From positions 5,967 to 57,501 of the forward strand of contig CAZERP010000001.1 in the NCBI GenBank assembly GCA_964514805.1: 51,535 nucleotides of DNA, in the 5' to 3' direction. This DNA is from Candidatus Micrarchaeota archaeon. Lineage in GTDB: Archaea > Micrarchaeota > Micrarchaeia > Norongarragalinales > UBA8480. Made by a program: the position numbers and the translations under genes. The notes beneath the pieces were generated by a model. The model saw only the letters and a program-made list of their open reading frames with translations, was not told where the DNA came from and made no database searches. Numbering within the stretch: position 1 is the first letter of the stretch; the number at the start of each line of letters is the position of its first letter. Shown in pieces: positions 35,021 through 44,505 of this stretch.

Positions 35021-35941
35021 TTAGTTTTGTTTGTAGTAGAAAATTGTTTCTTTTATCCCATCTGATAGTTTTATTTTAGGTGAGAAGTTTAGTTCTTTTT
35101 TGGCTTTCGTGTTTGAAAGGCAACTGCGGTAAATATCACCAGGTCTTGGTTTGCCTTTTACTAGGTTAACTTTAAGGCCGGATGCTTCTTGCGCTATTTC
35201 TACTAGTTTAGCAAGGGTAGTTTCTTGGCCTGAGCTTATTTGAAATAGTCCAGTTGCATTTGAAGTTGCTGCTTGTATGTTGGCATCTGCTACGTCACTT
35301 ACGTGGATGAAATCTCGAGTGTGTGACCCGTCTCCGTTTATTGTGAATTTTTCTCCTTTTAGCATCGCGTTTAGTAGTATTGGCACTACTCCGCCTTCTC
35401 CGTTAGTTAGTTGTTGTCCTGGACCGTAGAGGTTTGAGTATCTAAGTGCTACTGGTCTTGTCTGGGTTCCTTTTGTTATGACCCATAGGTATTTTTCCGC
35501 AGTTAGTTTGCTTAAACCGTAAGGCGCTATTGGTTCGCAAGGCGTGTTTTCAGTTACTGGAATTTCTTTTGTATCTCCATAAACCGCGGCTGAAGATGAA
35601 AATATGATTGCGTTACATTTGCAGTCTACTGCTGCTTTGAATATGTTAATTGAACCGATGATGTTAACTTGAGCGTCGAATGCAGGTTCTTTTAATGAAA
35701 GGGGCGCGTTGATTTGAGCCGCTAGGTGAAACACGACGTCTGGTTTTTCTTGAGTGAAAATTGCGCTTACTTCTTTAGCATTTTCAATTTTTACATTATA
35801 AAGTTTAGCTTTTGAGGGGACTTTTTTCTTAGAACCGCTCGATAAGTCATCGATTATAACTACTTGGTTTCCTTGCGCGAGTAATTTTTCTACTAAATAA
35901 ACTCCGACAAATCCTGCTCCGCCCGTAACTAATGCTTTCAT
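35021..35941 (-). CDS. NAD-dependent nucleotide-sugar epimerase/dehydratase (GalE-like SDR)
   Basis: VTGGAGFVG and the YGLSKLTAE (YxxxK) motif; 306 aa. Confidence 0.85.
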   Translation of the reverse strand: MKALVTGGAGFVGVYLVEKLLAQGNQVVIIDDLSSGSKKKVPSKAKLYNVKIENAKEVSAIFTQEKPDVVFHLAAQINAPLSLKEPAFDAQVNIIGSINIFKAAVDCKCNAIIFSSSAAVYGDTKEIPVTENTPCEPIAPYGLSKLTAEKYLWVITKGTQTRPVALRYSNLYGPGQQLTNGEGGVVPILLNAMLKGEKFTINGDGSHTRDFIHVSDVADANIQAATSNATGLFQISSGQETTLAKLVEIAQEASGLKVNLVKGKPRPGDIYRSCLSNTKAKKELNFSPKIKLSDGIKETIFYYKQN

Positions 35942-36024
35942 AAATAAATCAGCTTTTTTTGCGAGTACTTTTTCTAAGACTCTAGTTATTAATAATAAAG
36001 AAAATGTACTATTAATTTAGTATT

Positions 36025-37260
36025 ATGAGTGTTTTAATTACTGACGCTTCTAAAAGAGCGGCGCTTGCAGCTATTAGGTCTATTGGTAGCAAAGGAGTTG
36101 AAGTTACCGCTGCTAGTGATGAGACTAATTGCGCAGGTTTCTTATCTAAGTACGCGACTCGTAAAGTAATTACTACTAATCCGCAAGTAGATTCTGAGAC
36201 GTTTTTGGATGAAATTGAAAAAGAACTACGAGTAAAAAAGCAGGATTGTTTGCTTCCAATTCATGATTTTAGTTTAATTCCTGTACTTAAGGAAAAGAAG
36301 CGATTTGACGCGCTAACTAGCGTTCCTTTTTGTGATTTTAAGACTTTTGAAAAGACTTGGGATAAAGAAGAAACTCTAAAAGTAGCTAAACTAGCTAACG
36401 TTCCAATTCCAAAAACTATGACTGTAACTTCTATGAAAGAAGTTGAAAAACTCTCAGACGTGGATTTTGAATACCCTGTCGTAGTAAAACCAGCTAGTCA
36501 AACTCAATTGGAAAATAAAGGCGCGAAGACTAGTTATGTTTCTAGTAAGAATTATTGTCACTCAATTAAAGACGTACAACTAATAGCAAGTCAAATAGTT
36601 TCTGACTCAGGTAAAGCGTTAATTCAAGAATACATCCAGGGAAACGGAGTTGGAGTCGCTGCGCTTTTCAATAAAGGTAAACCAAGAGCGCTCTTTTCCT
36701 ACAAGCGAGTTCGCGAGTATCCAATTACTGGCGGGCCAAGTACATTACGTGAAAGTACAGATGATTACAAGTTAAAAGAATACGCGAGTAATTTGCTTGA
36801 AAAACTCAAATGGCATGGCCTTGCGATGGTAGAATTCAAACAAACTCCAACAGGTAAGTATTACTTAATGGAAATTAATGGCAGGTTTTGGGGCAGTGTA
36901 GCTCTTGCAATTAATTCCGGAGTTGATTTTCCATATTTATTATACGAAATGGGAACTAAAGGAGATGTAAACGAAGTTACTAGCTACAAAGTAGGCGTAT
37001 TACAAAAATGGCTCCTACCCGGAGATGTTTTGCATTTCGGCGCTAGATTCAAAAAAGAAAAACTCGCATCTAAGCCAGGCGTCGCATTCGATTTTGTAAA
37101 GTCGATTTTTGAACCAGCAAGTGAAGATTACTTATCTTTAGATGACCCCTTGCCTGCATTTGGCGCTTTGAAAACGGGCGCGGGCTACTTTGCAAACTTT
37201 TTAGCAGGCAAGCGTACGATGTCTGGTGAGTACAAAAAAGAAAAGAAGGTTAAGCATTAA
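36025..37260 (+). CDS. ATP-grasp carboxylate-amine ligase-like protein
   Basis: Motifs YPVVVKPA, LIQEYIQG and MVEFKQTPTGKYYLMEINGRFWGS. Confidence 0.8.
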   Translation: MSVLITDASKRAALAAIRSIGSKGVEVTAASDETNCAGFLSKYATRKVITTNPQVDSETFLDEIEKELRVKKQDCLLPIHDFSLIPVLKEKKRFDALTSVPFCDFKTFEKTWDKEETLKVAKLANVPIPKTMTVTSMKEVEKLSDVDFEYPVVVKPASQTQLENKGAKTSYVSSKNYCHSIKDVQLIASQIVSDSGKALIQEYIQGNGVGVAALFNKGKPRALFSYKRVREYPITGGPSTLRESTDDYKLKEYASNLLEKLKWHGLAMVEFKQTPTGKYYLMEINGRFWGSVALAINSGVDFPYLLYEMGTKGDVNEVTSYKVGVLQKWLLPGDVLHFGARFKKEKLASKPGVAFDFVKSIFEPASEDYLSLDDPLPAFGALKTGAGYFANFLAGKRTMSGEYKKEKKVKH

Positions 37261-37923
37261 ATGGATTTTAAGATTGATTTTCACGTACATACAAGTAAAT
37301 CTTTTGATAGCATAGCAGATGTAAAGTCAGTTGTTCGAATAGCTAAAAGTAAAGGACTTGACGCGATTTGTGTAACCGATCATGATGTTTACACTGAATT
37401 TGAAAATCTTGACTTGACTGTTTTTCGCGGTTGTGAAATTACTACAGATGCAGGAGATCTGCTTGGAGTTTTTATTAAAAGTCCAGTTAAAAGTGGCAAA
37501 TGGCAAGATGTTATTCAGCAAGTTCATAAGCAAGGCGGGCTAGTAATACTACCGCACCCGTATAATCATCATACGCTAAGTGCGGAACTTATTAGACGCG
37601 TTGACGCGATTGAAGTGTATAATTCAAGAGTAAAACCGGAATTAAACAAAAAAGCATTCGAATTAGCTAAAAAATACGACAAACCCACAGTAGCAAGTAG
37701 CGATGCTCATTTTGCAAGCGACGTAGGCAACTCATACACAGTTGTTGACTCTAAGTCGCTTAAAGAAAATGACGTTAAAAACGCGCTCTTAAAAAATAAA
37801 ACCAAAACACACTACCGCGCGTCCAATCGTAACAAAATTCACATTAATCGCGCAATTAAACTAGTTAAATTAAGACAATTCAATAAAATTTTGCCGTTTA
37901 TTAAAAAAAAGATTTTAAACTAA
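37261..37923 (+). CDS. PHP-domain metal-dependent phosphoesterase (TrpH/YciV-like)
   Basis: Motifs DFHVHTSKS, AICVTDHD, LPHPY and SSDAH. The ATG directly abuts the ATP-grasp stop. Confidence 0.8.
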   Translation: MDFKIDFHVHTSKSFDSIADVKSVVRIAKSKGLDAICVTDHDVYTEFENLDLTVFRGCEITTDAGDLLGVFIKSPVKSGKWQDVIQQVHKQGGLVILPHPYNHHTLSAELIRRVDAIEVYNSRVKPELNKKAFELAKKYDKPTVASSDAHFASDVGNSYTVVDSKSLKENDVKNALLKNKTKTHYRASNRNKIHINRAIKLVKLRQFNKILPFIKKKILN

Positions 37924-38946
37924 AGCGCCGCTTTTGTCAATTACTCGTAGCATTTTAGAGTAATCGTCTACAAAATGTTCAAGCGTGTCCGAATACACTT
38001 TAAGCCCGTCTTTTGAACCGCTGTCTTTTTCATCAGGGTGAGTAAGTAGCGTAACTAAGCCATTGTTTTCTACTATAAAGTCCGCCATTGACGTATAATA
38101 CTCCGTTATTTGTGTGGGCGTGCACGCGTAGCGATTGTAGAACGCGTAGTCTTGCGTTAATGTTACCGGGTGTTCAGTAAAGCTTGCAATTTTGCCGTTT
38201 TGTAGAATTGGTTTGAATGAAATCAAGTCCCCGCAACCGCCTGGCGATATGAATGGAGTTATTTCTTCAAAAGTTGGAATAGACGAGTCGTGCTTAAAGC
38301 CTGTTTTTTCAAGCACGTCAAAAAGTGCCGGCGAGTGATGTAACCAAGGCGCTCTAAAACCCTGATTAATAGCATAACGCGGGACTTGTTTTTCGAATTC
38401 TTTCAAATTAGCAAGTAAAGTGCCGCTGTGATTTACCCCGTGCAAAAATGTGTGCTTTTCTAATTCAGGGTACTTTTCTAAGAATTGTTTTTGAATTTCT
38501 CCAACTACATACCAAACAGAAGTTACTCCTAAAGATTTTTCTATTTCGAGTACTTGGCGTATTTTTTTGAATGAGTCAAGGCTATCTACATCGTGCGTAA
38601 CTAGTATGCTTGGCTTGTTTTTTTTCAAACTTACAACTCTGCTCGCGTGTTTTTCAAATTCGACCCTAAATTTTAAACCGGCGTAGTTTTGAGTTGGAGG
38701 AAATGAGAGTTTTTTGCGTTTGTTTTTTAAGAAATGTAAAACGAAGTCCGTTCTCGTTTTTTTAATTATGTTAAAAGGAAGGTAAAGTTTAGTAGTCGCT
38801 CGATTATACCCAGATATTTGTTTTAAGTAAGGCGCAACTCCATCTAATATCTCTGCAGGTAGTTCTTCAGTAAGTTCGGCTATGTTTTTTTGAGAAAAGC
38901 CATAACCAAGCGCGTCATTTAATTTAACTAGTGAATCTTTTGACAT
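37915..38946 (-). CDS. putative CE4-like polysaccharide deacetylase (divergent)
   Basis: ILVTHDVDS and LHGVNHSG resemble NodB motifs 1 and 2. Start set at ATG 38946 (MSKDSL); ORF-track 38958 is a TTG. Confidence 0.5.
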   Translation of the reverse strand: MSKDSLVKLNDALGYGFSQKNIAELTEELPAEILDGVAPYLKQISGYNRATTKLYLPFNIIKKTRTDFVLHFLKNKRKKLSFPPTQNYAGLKFRVEFEKHASRVVSLKKNKPSILVTHDVDSLDSFKKIRQVLEIEKSLGVTSVWYVVGEIQKQFLEKYPELEKHTFLHGVNHSGTLLANLKEFEKQVPRYAINQGFRAPWLHHSPALFDVLEKTGFKHDSSIPTFEEITPFISPGGCGDLISFKPILQNGKIASFTEHPVTLTQDYAFYNRYACTPTQITEYYTSMADFIVENNGLVTLLTHPDEKDSGSKDGLKVYSDTLEHFVDDYSKMLRVIDKSGALV

Positions 38947-38976
38947 ACAAAAATGCAAACCTTTTTTTCCTTCTAT

Positions 38977-40089
38977 TTACTTTGATAGTTTCTCGCATAA
39001 GTTCGCGTACAACTTAGCGGTTTTTTTCCAGTTGAAGTTATCTTTAGCAAATTCAAAAGCATTGGCTGAGAGTTTTGAGCGTAATTTCTCGTCTTTTAAT
39101 TTTTCTAGCGCGTGAGTAATCGCTTTAGCGTTTCTTACGGGTACTACTAAGCCAGTTTTTTCATTAACTACAGGTAAGTTAATGTCAGTGCATACTATTG
39201 CAAGTTTAGATGCCATAGCTTCGAGTAAAACTAATGGTAGTCCTTCTGAAATAGAGGGTAATACGAACACGTCGCTGTGTTTGAAATATTCTTGTGGCGT
39301 TTTAGAAAAACCAACAAATAACACTTTATCCATTATGCCTAGTTCGTTAGCGTAATCGTGTAGCTCTTTTTCTTGAGGGCCGCTTCCAACAATAGTTAAA
39401 TTAACGTCTATTTTTTTGATTGCTTCAAGTAAATACTTAACTCCTTTAACTTCAATTAAGCGACCAACGAATAGAACTTGTAATCTTTTTGAGTCGGTTT
39501 TTTTGACTGGTTTAAAGTCATCAAAATTAACCCCCGTGTAGATAACTTGTGACTGAGCTGGGCTAAAACCAAGTAGTTTTTTGAATTTTTCTTTTTCTTC
39601 ATTAGATAAAAACACAACCGCGTCCGCGCTTTTAGCGGTAAACTTTTCTATTTGTTTTAAAACACGTCTAAGAAAAGCCGGGTACTGCGGTTGAGTAAAG
39701 CTAAAGCCGGCCGGGATGAAAATCACTTTACGCCCCGTAAAGACGCGCAATGCGAGTGCAAATAAGCCAGAAACAAAGCCATTAGCAATTACTACATCAT
39801 GTTTTACCTTTAATGCTTTTAGAAAAGCAAAGAAGTTGAACGAAATGTTACGAAAGTAAAAACCACTAGCCCAATTTACCCTGTGAACTTCAACTCCGTC
39901 TAGCACTTCAAAGGCGCAAGTACATTCAAAAGAGCGGGTAATTACCACAGGTGTGATTTTTAGTTCAACTAAATTAGCCGCTAAGTCTGATACGAATTTT
40001 TCAAAACCACCAGAGGTAATTTTATCTGTACTTACCCCTAGTGGGTATTCTTTTGACCCTAGTATCAATACACGTAACTGTTCTGGCAT
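38977..40089 (-). CDS. GT4 glycosyltransferase
   Basis: GT-B fold with PSISEGLPLVLLEAMASKLAIVCTD. Confidence 0.85.
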   Translation of the reverse strand: MPEQLRVLILGSKEYPLGVSTDKITSGGFEKFVSDLAANLVELKITPVVITRSFECTCAFEVLDGVEVHRVNWASGFYFRNISFNFFAFLKALKVKHDVVIANGFVSGLFALALRVFTGRKVIFIPAGFSFTQPQYPAFLRRVLKQIEKFTAKSADAVVFLSNEEKEKFKKLLGFSPAQSQVIYTGVNFDDFKPVKKTDSKRLQVLFVGRLIEVKGVKYLLEAIKKIDVNLTIVGSGPQEKELHDYANELGIMDKVLFVGFSKTPQEYFKHSDVFVLPSISEGLPLVLLEAMASKLAIVCTDINLPVVNEKTGLVVPVRNAKAITHALEKLKDEKLRSKLSANAFEFAKDNFNWKKTAKLYANLCEKLSK

Positions 40090-40105
40090 AATTGTGGATT
40101 AAAAG

Positions 40106-42925
40106 TTAAGGCTTTTGGTATTCAAAAATCTTAACTTCACCAGTTGGAGATGTGTAAACTAGTTTGTAGCCCGGTAAGTTGTTAAAGAAGTATAACCTAA
40201 CGTAAGCTGAGTCTAGAATTGCACTCGATTTGTTAACTAGTCTAAAGTCTGGGTTGGCGTTGATTAGAGATTGCTGTGATACTGGTAGCAAGTAAGACAT
40301 ATTTGCGTCTACGACAGTCTTGTTTTGTGATTGTAGTGATATTATTGAAAAGTCTCTTGCTAAGTCTGATCTCAAACCAGAATTGTCTATTGGTATGATT
40401 TGATTTTGGTTTAGACAGTATGAAAGTCCAAAGCTGCTTTGCGCAAGGGTTAGTCCTTGTGCGAATGGGCATTGTTGGTTAACCAAGTTGATTGTTTCAA
40501 AGTAGTGGAATAGTTCGTATTCGCTTGAACCTGCTCCTTTTTGCCAGTCTTGGATACTTGGTTGGTTTGGACACGCAGGTAGCTCTATTGGGATGTAGTC
40601 TACTGGTCCTTTTTGACATGTTCCAGATAAGTATACTAACGCGCCCCATTTTTGAATGAGTTCGAAGTCTACGAGTACGTGAGTTGCTTGGTGGTAGTCC
40701 ATAGCGTATTTTAAGTCGTTTGCGTCATCTACGAATCCGTGTGCTACTTGGTGATCGAAGTATGCTCTACTGTTTGTTGGGTCGAGTACGGTTTTGGTTT
40801 CTCCAAGGAACATAGTCCAGTGGCCGTAGTCCCACCAGCTCATTACTCTACAAGAGTGTCCGAATTTAGCTTGGCAGTTGCTTTCGGTTTCTGGGTTTAA
40901 GTAACTGGTGTTATTCTTTAGCCATTGCATTGCAAGTAGCCAGTCTTTTGAAATGGTTGATTGCTTTAAGCCATTAGCCGTAGTTAGCGCGCCGTTGAAT
41001 GCTCCGGTTGCGCCGGTTGCTTGCACTATTCCTGCAAGGCCTCCGAGTAGTAATGTGAATGCAATTACAAATGTTGTAACATGAGTTGAGTTTGTAGTGT
41101 GTTTGAATAGTTTGACTTCGCTGCCTATTTTTTCTAATACTCTTGCAAGTTCAGCAAGTAGTACAGGTAATGCAAATGCGAGTACGATTGCCAAGTGTAG
41201 TATGAATTTGATTTTGTTAAGTCCAATGAATGCTACTGGAAATATTATTAGTACACTTAGGAGTTGATAGTGGACTGAGTCGTTGTCTTTGAGGTTTAAA
41301 GCCGCGACTAGTAGTATTGAAATGATTGATATTATGAACGGCGCGAATACTGGGCTTTGTGTGAAGCTTTCCATTCCAACGCTAAGTGATGCACTGAGAA
41401 GTGAGGCGACTTGGGATGCAAATAAGCTCAACAGTATACATAGTATTGCGTATCCGGCTGCGTTTTTGTATTCTTTTCTTGAAGTAAAAGCATGGACTGC
41501 CCATAATGCAAATGCTAGTGCAAGGCCGTTGAATAGAACGTATGGGTTTAGTACTCCGAATGCACTTGCGAATACTCCTTCAAAAGTTGGGTTTTCTTCT
41601 GCGATTGTGTTACTTAGTGGCGCTCCGTTTTTAGCGATTTTTGCATAGTTAGAAAATAAGCCAAATGGACTTGTGCCGCCAGGTAGTATTGGTAGTAAAC
41701 TAAATACAAGGAAGATTAGTACTAGTACGCCTAGGAATTTGGTTTTGCCCATTGCTTTGACTTGAGGTAATTTGTTTAACGCAAATAGTATTACGCTTGG
41801 TATTAGTGATAGTGCAAATAGTATTGAGACTATTGGGAATCCAATAGTAGGTTCATACGCGCCTAGTATTGCACCTGCGAGTAAGCCGCTGAGTGCAAAT
41901 ATTGCGTTAATTATGATTTTCTTTTCAGTTAGTTTTTCGGTTAAGAAGTCAATTATTGTTGATAGTAGGAAGTATCCTGCGAATACTGCAAATGGCCAGA
42001 TGTATTGTTGTCCTCCAAGTAATGCGGCGGCAGTTACTACTCCTCCGATGAGTGCGAATCTGTAGCTTTGTCTTTTAGTTGCAAGTACGTAAAGTGCAAA
42101 CATTGCAAATGCACTATAGACTCCCCATGGTTGTAATTCAGATACTCCTGATGCGAATTTTTGGATGATTTGTGGCGTGAATGCCATGAATACTGCGCCT
42201 ATTACTCCTGCAGTTTCATCGTATTGTTCTTTTAGAAGCCAGTATGCTACGATTGATAGCATTGCGCCTACGACTGGGGGGTAGATGTTTGAAATTAGGA
42301 TTAAAGTTCCTTTGTCGAAGGCAGTTCCGCTGAATAGTTGGTGTAGTAGCGTCCATGATCCGGTTAAGTATTGAACTAAAGGATGTGTCCTAAATATTTC
42401 TCCAACGGGAAAATAGCTGATATCTAGTGTGTGAGGTACTTGTCCGAATCTAATTAAGAATTCGGTTAACATGTTGTAGTAGTAAGGGTCAAATTCGAAG
42501 AAGCTTGTTGATAGAGGAATTATTTTTATTAGAAAACTTGCAATTGCAATAAGTGCGACTACGATAATTGGCGCGTTTTTTGGAAGGGTTTTTGGGTTAA
42601 ATGTTTTAATTTCTTTGATTTTGTTTTTAACCGCTGCCATTGCATCGCCTTGAATTGCATACGCAGCAATTCCGAGTATAGTTAGAAGCACGACGTTTGC
42701 TAATATCATAGTCGTGTCAAATTTAAGTCCTATTAAGAAGTACTCTAAAAATAGCGCTAGTGGTACTGCTATTAGTGACATTGCAAATGATAGTAGTAGT
42801 TTGTCGGAAAAGTTTGCGCCAGTTTTACGCAAAGCGGCAAATGTTAAACTTGCAGCTGGAATAAACATTAAGATAAAAGACGCTAAAAGCGCAAATGCGT
42901 TAATCATAAGAAAAAAACTATACAA
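40106..42925 (-). CDS. aglB: oligosaccharyltransferase AglB (STT3 family)
   Basis: About 13 TM helices followed by a large soluble domain. It has the WWDYGHW catalytic motif and an EFDPYYY first-loop acidic motif. ORF-track start 42925 is a TTG; the first ATG is at 42907 (MINAF). Confidence 0.9.
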   Translation of the reverse strand: MYSFFLMINAFALLASFILMFIPAASLTFAALRKTGANFSDKLLLSFAMSLIAVPLALFLEYFLIGLKFDTTMILANVVLLTILGIAAYAIQGDAMAAVKNKIKEIKTFNPKTLPKNAPIIVVALIAIASFLIKIIPLSTSFFEFDPYYYNMLTEFLIRFGQVPHTLDISYFPVGEIFRTHPLVQYLTGSWTLLHQLFSGTAFDKGTLILISNIYPPVVGAMLSIVAYWLLKEQYDETAGVIGAVFMAFTPQIIQKFASGVSELQPWGVYSAFAMFALYVLATKRQSYRFALIGGVVTAAALLGGQQYIWPFAVFAGYFLLSTIIDFLTEKLTEKKIIINAIFALSGLLAGAILGAYEPTIGFPIVSILFALSLIPSVILFALNKLPQVKAMGKTKFLGVLVLIFLVFSLLPILPGGTSPFGLFSNYAKIAKNGAPLSNTIAEENPTFEGVFASAFGVLNPYVLFNGLALAFALWAVHAFTSRKEYKNAAGYAILCILLSLFASQVASLLSASLSVGMESFTQSPVFAPFIISIISILLVAALNLKDNDSVHYQLLSVLIIFPVAFIGLNKIKFILHLAIVLAFALPVLLAELARVLEKIGSEVKLFKHTTNSTHVTTFVIAFTLLLGGLAGIVQATGATGAFNGALTTANGLKQSTISKDWLLAMQWLKNNTSYLNPETESNCQAKFGHSCRVMSWWDYGHWTMFLGETKTVLDPTNSRAYFDHQVAHGFVDDANDLKYAMDYHQATHVLVDFELIQKWGALVYLSGTCQKGPVDYIPIELPACPNQPSIQDWQKGAGSSEYELFHYFETINLVNQQCPFAQGLTLAQSSFGLSYCLNQNQIIPIDNSGLRSDLARDFSIISLQSQNKTVVDANMSYLLPVSQQSLINANPDFRLVNKSSAILDSAYVRLYFFNNLPGYKLVYTSPTGEVKIFEYQKP

Positions 42926-42984
42926 CCCCTTTTTTTATTGATTTTAAAAATAAATAGATTTGAAAAAAATTAAGAGTTTTAAAG

Positions 42985-43009
42985 TTTTAAAACCCCCCGG
43001 ACTAACGGG
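42985..43009 (-). terminator. weak GC hairpin plus T-run after galU
   Basis: The minus strand reads cccgttagtccgggg followed by ggtttt. The stem is only 4 bp. Confidence 0.2.
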
Positions 43010-43015
43010 AATTAC

Positions 43016-43894
43016 CTATAATTTTAGGGTTTTTAGGTATGCTTTTAACTCTTGCTTTGTGTCTTCTCGTTGCATTGCGAATTCAATAGTAGTTTTCAAA
43101 AAGCCGATTTTTGACCCGCAGTCATACCATTTTCCATCGAGTTCTTTAGCGTAAAAGTCTTGACCGTATTCTTTCATTAGAACTTTGGCGACATCAGGCC
43201 ACCATTTTTCTCCACCTTTACCCGCGGAGGTTTTTTCTGTGGCTTCGAAGTATTCGGGGGTAAATACATATGGACTCATAGCCGCTAAGTTACTTGGGGC
43301 TTTTTCAACTGCTGGTTTTTCTACTAGTTCGTTTACTTTGTAGACTCCTTTTTCTACTTCTTTGCCACCAATGCAGCCGTATTTGTAAATTTCTTCTTTT
43401 GGAACTTTCATAACTCCAACACAGCTTGAGTCATATTTGCTGGCGGTTTTAATTACTGTTTTTAAGAAAGGTTCTCCATTAGCAGTTCGTATGATTTCAT
43501 CTCCGGATATTACTACAAAGGGTTCATCTCCTACGTGTTTTCGCGCGTAATATGTGGCGTCTGGCATTCCTGCACTTAATTTCTTTTGGCGTACATAGTG
43601 AACGTCGACCATTTCTGCAATTTCAGCTACTTTCTCTAATTTCTCGTGGTCTTTTTTCTTTTCTAGTAAGTGTTCTAGTTCAAAGCTATGATCAAAATGA
43701 TTCTCAATAGCCGACTTACCCCTACCCGTTACGAAGATAATATCCTCAATTCCACTTGCAATAACATCCTCAACCACATATTGAAGAATCGGAGTGTCAA
43801 TAATAGGAAGCATCTCCTTAGGCATAGCCTTAGTAAATGGAAGGAATCTTGTTCCAGCACCCGCGACAAGAATAACCGCTTTCTTAACTTTCAT
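43016..43894 (-). CDS. galU: UTP--glucose-1-phosphate uridylyltransferase
   Basis: KAVILVAGAGTRFLPFTKAMPKEMLPI and VHYVRQKK...GDEPFVVISGDE; 292 aa. Confidence 0.9.
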   Translation of the reverse strand: MKVKKAVILVAGAGTRFLPFTKAMPKEMLPIIDTPILQYVVEDVIASGIEDIIFVTGRGKSAIENHFDHSFELEHLLEKKKDHEKLEKVAEIAEMVDVHYVRQKKLSAGMPDATYYARKHVGDEPFVVISGDEIIRTANGEPFLKTVIKTASKYDSSCVGVMKVPKEEIYKYGCIGGKEVEKGVYKVNELVEKPAVEKAPSNLAAMSPYVFTPEYFEATEKTSAGKGGEKWWPDVAKVLMKEYGQDFYAKELDGKWYDCGSKIGFLKTTIEFAMQREDTKQELKAYLKTLKL

Positions 43895-43954
43895 AAAAAT
43901 AACCTCTAAAGTATAATTGTAATAATAAATAGAGTAAAAAGCCGCCTTTAAACC

Positions 43955-44497
43955 TTACACTTGAACTGCGTTAATTACAACTATTCCTCTTTCTTTGCCA
44001 TCGCATTGGGTGCTGATTGCGGTTTTTAGTAGGTCTAGGCTTGTTTGCCAGCATTTTGGCGCGTCAATTGCCGGGTCACAAATAGTTACAGCACCGTCTT
44101 TAAATTCGTCGATTAAAACAAAATGGCCCCAGTTTTTCCCATTCTTGAACGGCGCGTGATGAATGTTAACAATTACGTCACAATTAGCTAAGTTATTTTC
44201 TATAAATTCTTTAAAGTCCGTAATTTGGCTAGTCTTGTAAACTTTAGCAGCTAATCCAAACTGAGCAAAGTACGTCTGGGCGCTTTTTGATTCAAATTCA
44301 TCAATATTCAAGCCCGGGTCATCATCATTTACTAGTAAACCTTTACAATCGCAAGCATCTTTACTAGTTACTCGTGTACCAAGCGCTTTAGCTACATCTA
44401 ACTCGTCTACTAAATAGCCTCTTCTTTGAAGCGCCATTTTAACACAAGCCGCACTACAACAGCAGGGCTTTTGAACACAAGGAGAATAACGAGACAT
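43955..44497 (-). CDS. stand-alone papain-like (peptidase C39-like) cysteine peptidase domain protein
   Basis: QKPCCCSAACVKMAL fits the Gln plus catalytic Cys context of C39. NWGHFVLIDE fits the catalytic His strand. 180 aa, with no transporter domain. Confidence 0.5.
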   Translation of the reverse strand: MSRYSPCVQKPCCCSAACVKMALQRRGYLVDELDVAKALGTRVTSKDACDCKGLLVNDDDPGLNIDEFESKSAQTYFAQFGLAAKVYKTSQITDFKEFIENNLANCDVIVNIHHAPFKNGKNWGHFVLIDEFKDGAVTICDPAIDAPKCWQTSLDLLKTAISTQCDGKERGIVVINAVQV

Positions 44498-44505
44498 TGA
44501 CGTAA

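Noticed and set aside
42960-43154. 64-aa plus-strand ORF across the galU 3-prime end
   Set aside because: It overlaps galU in antisense and begins in the AT-rich aglB promoter region. There is no supporting motif.
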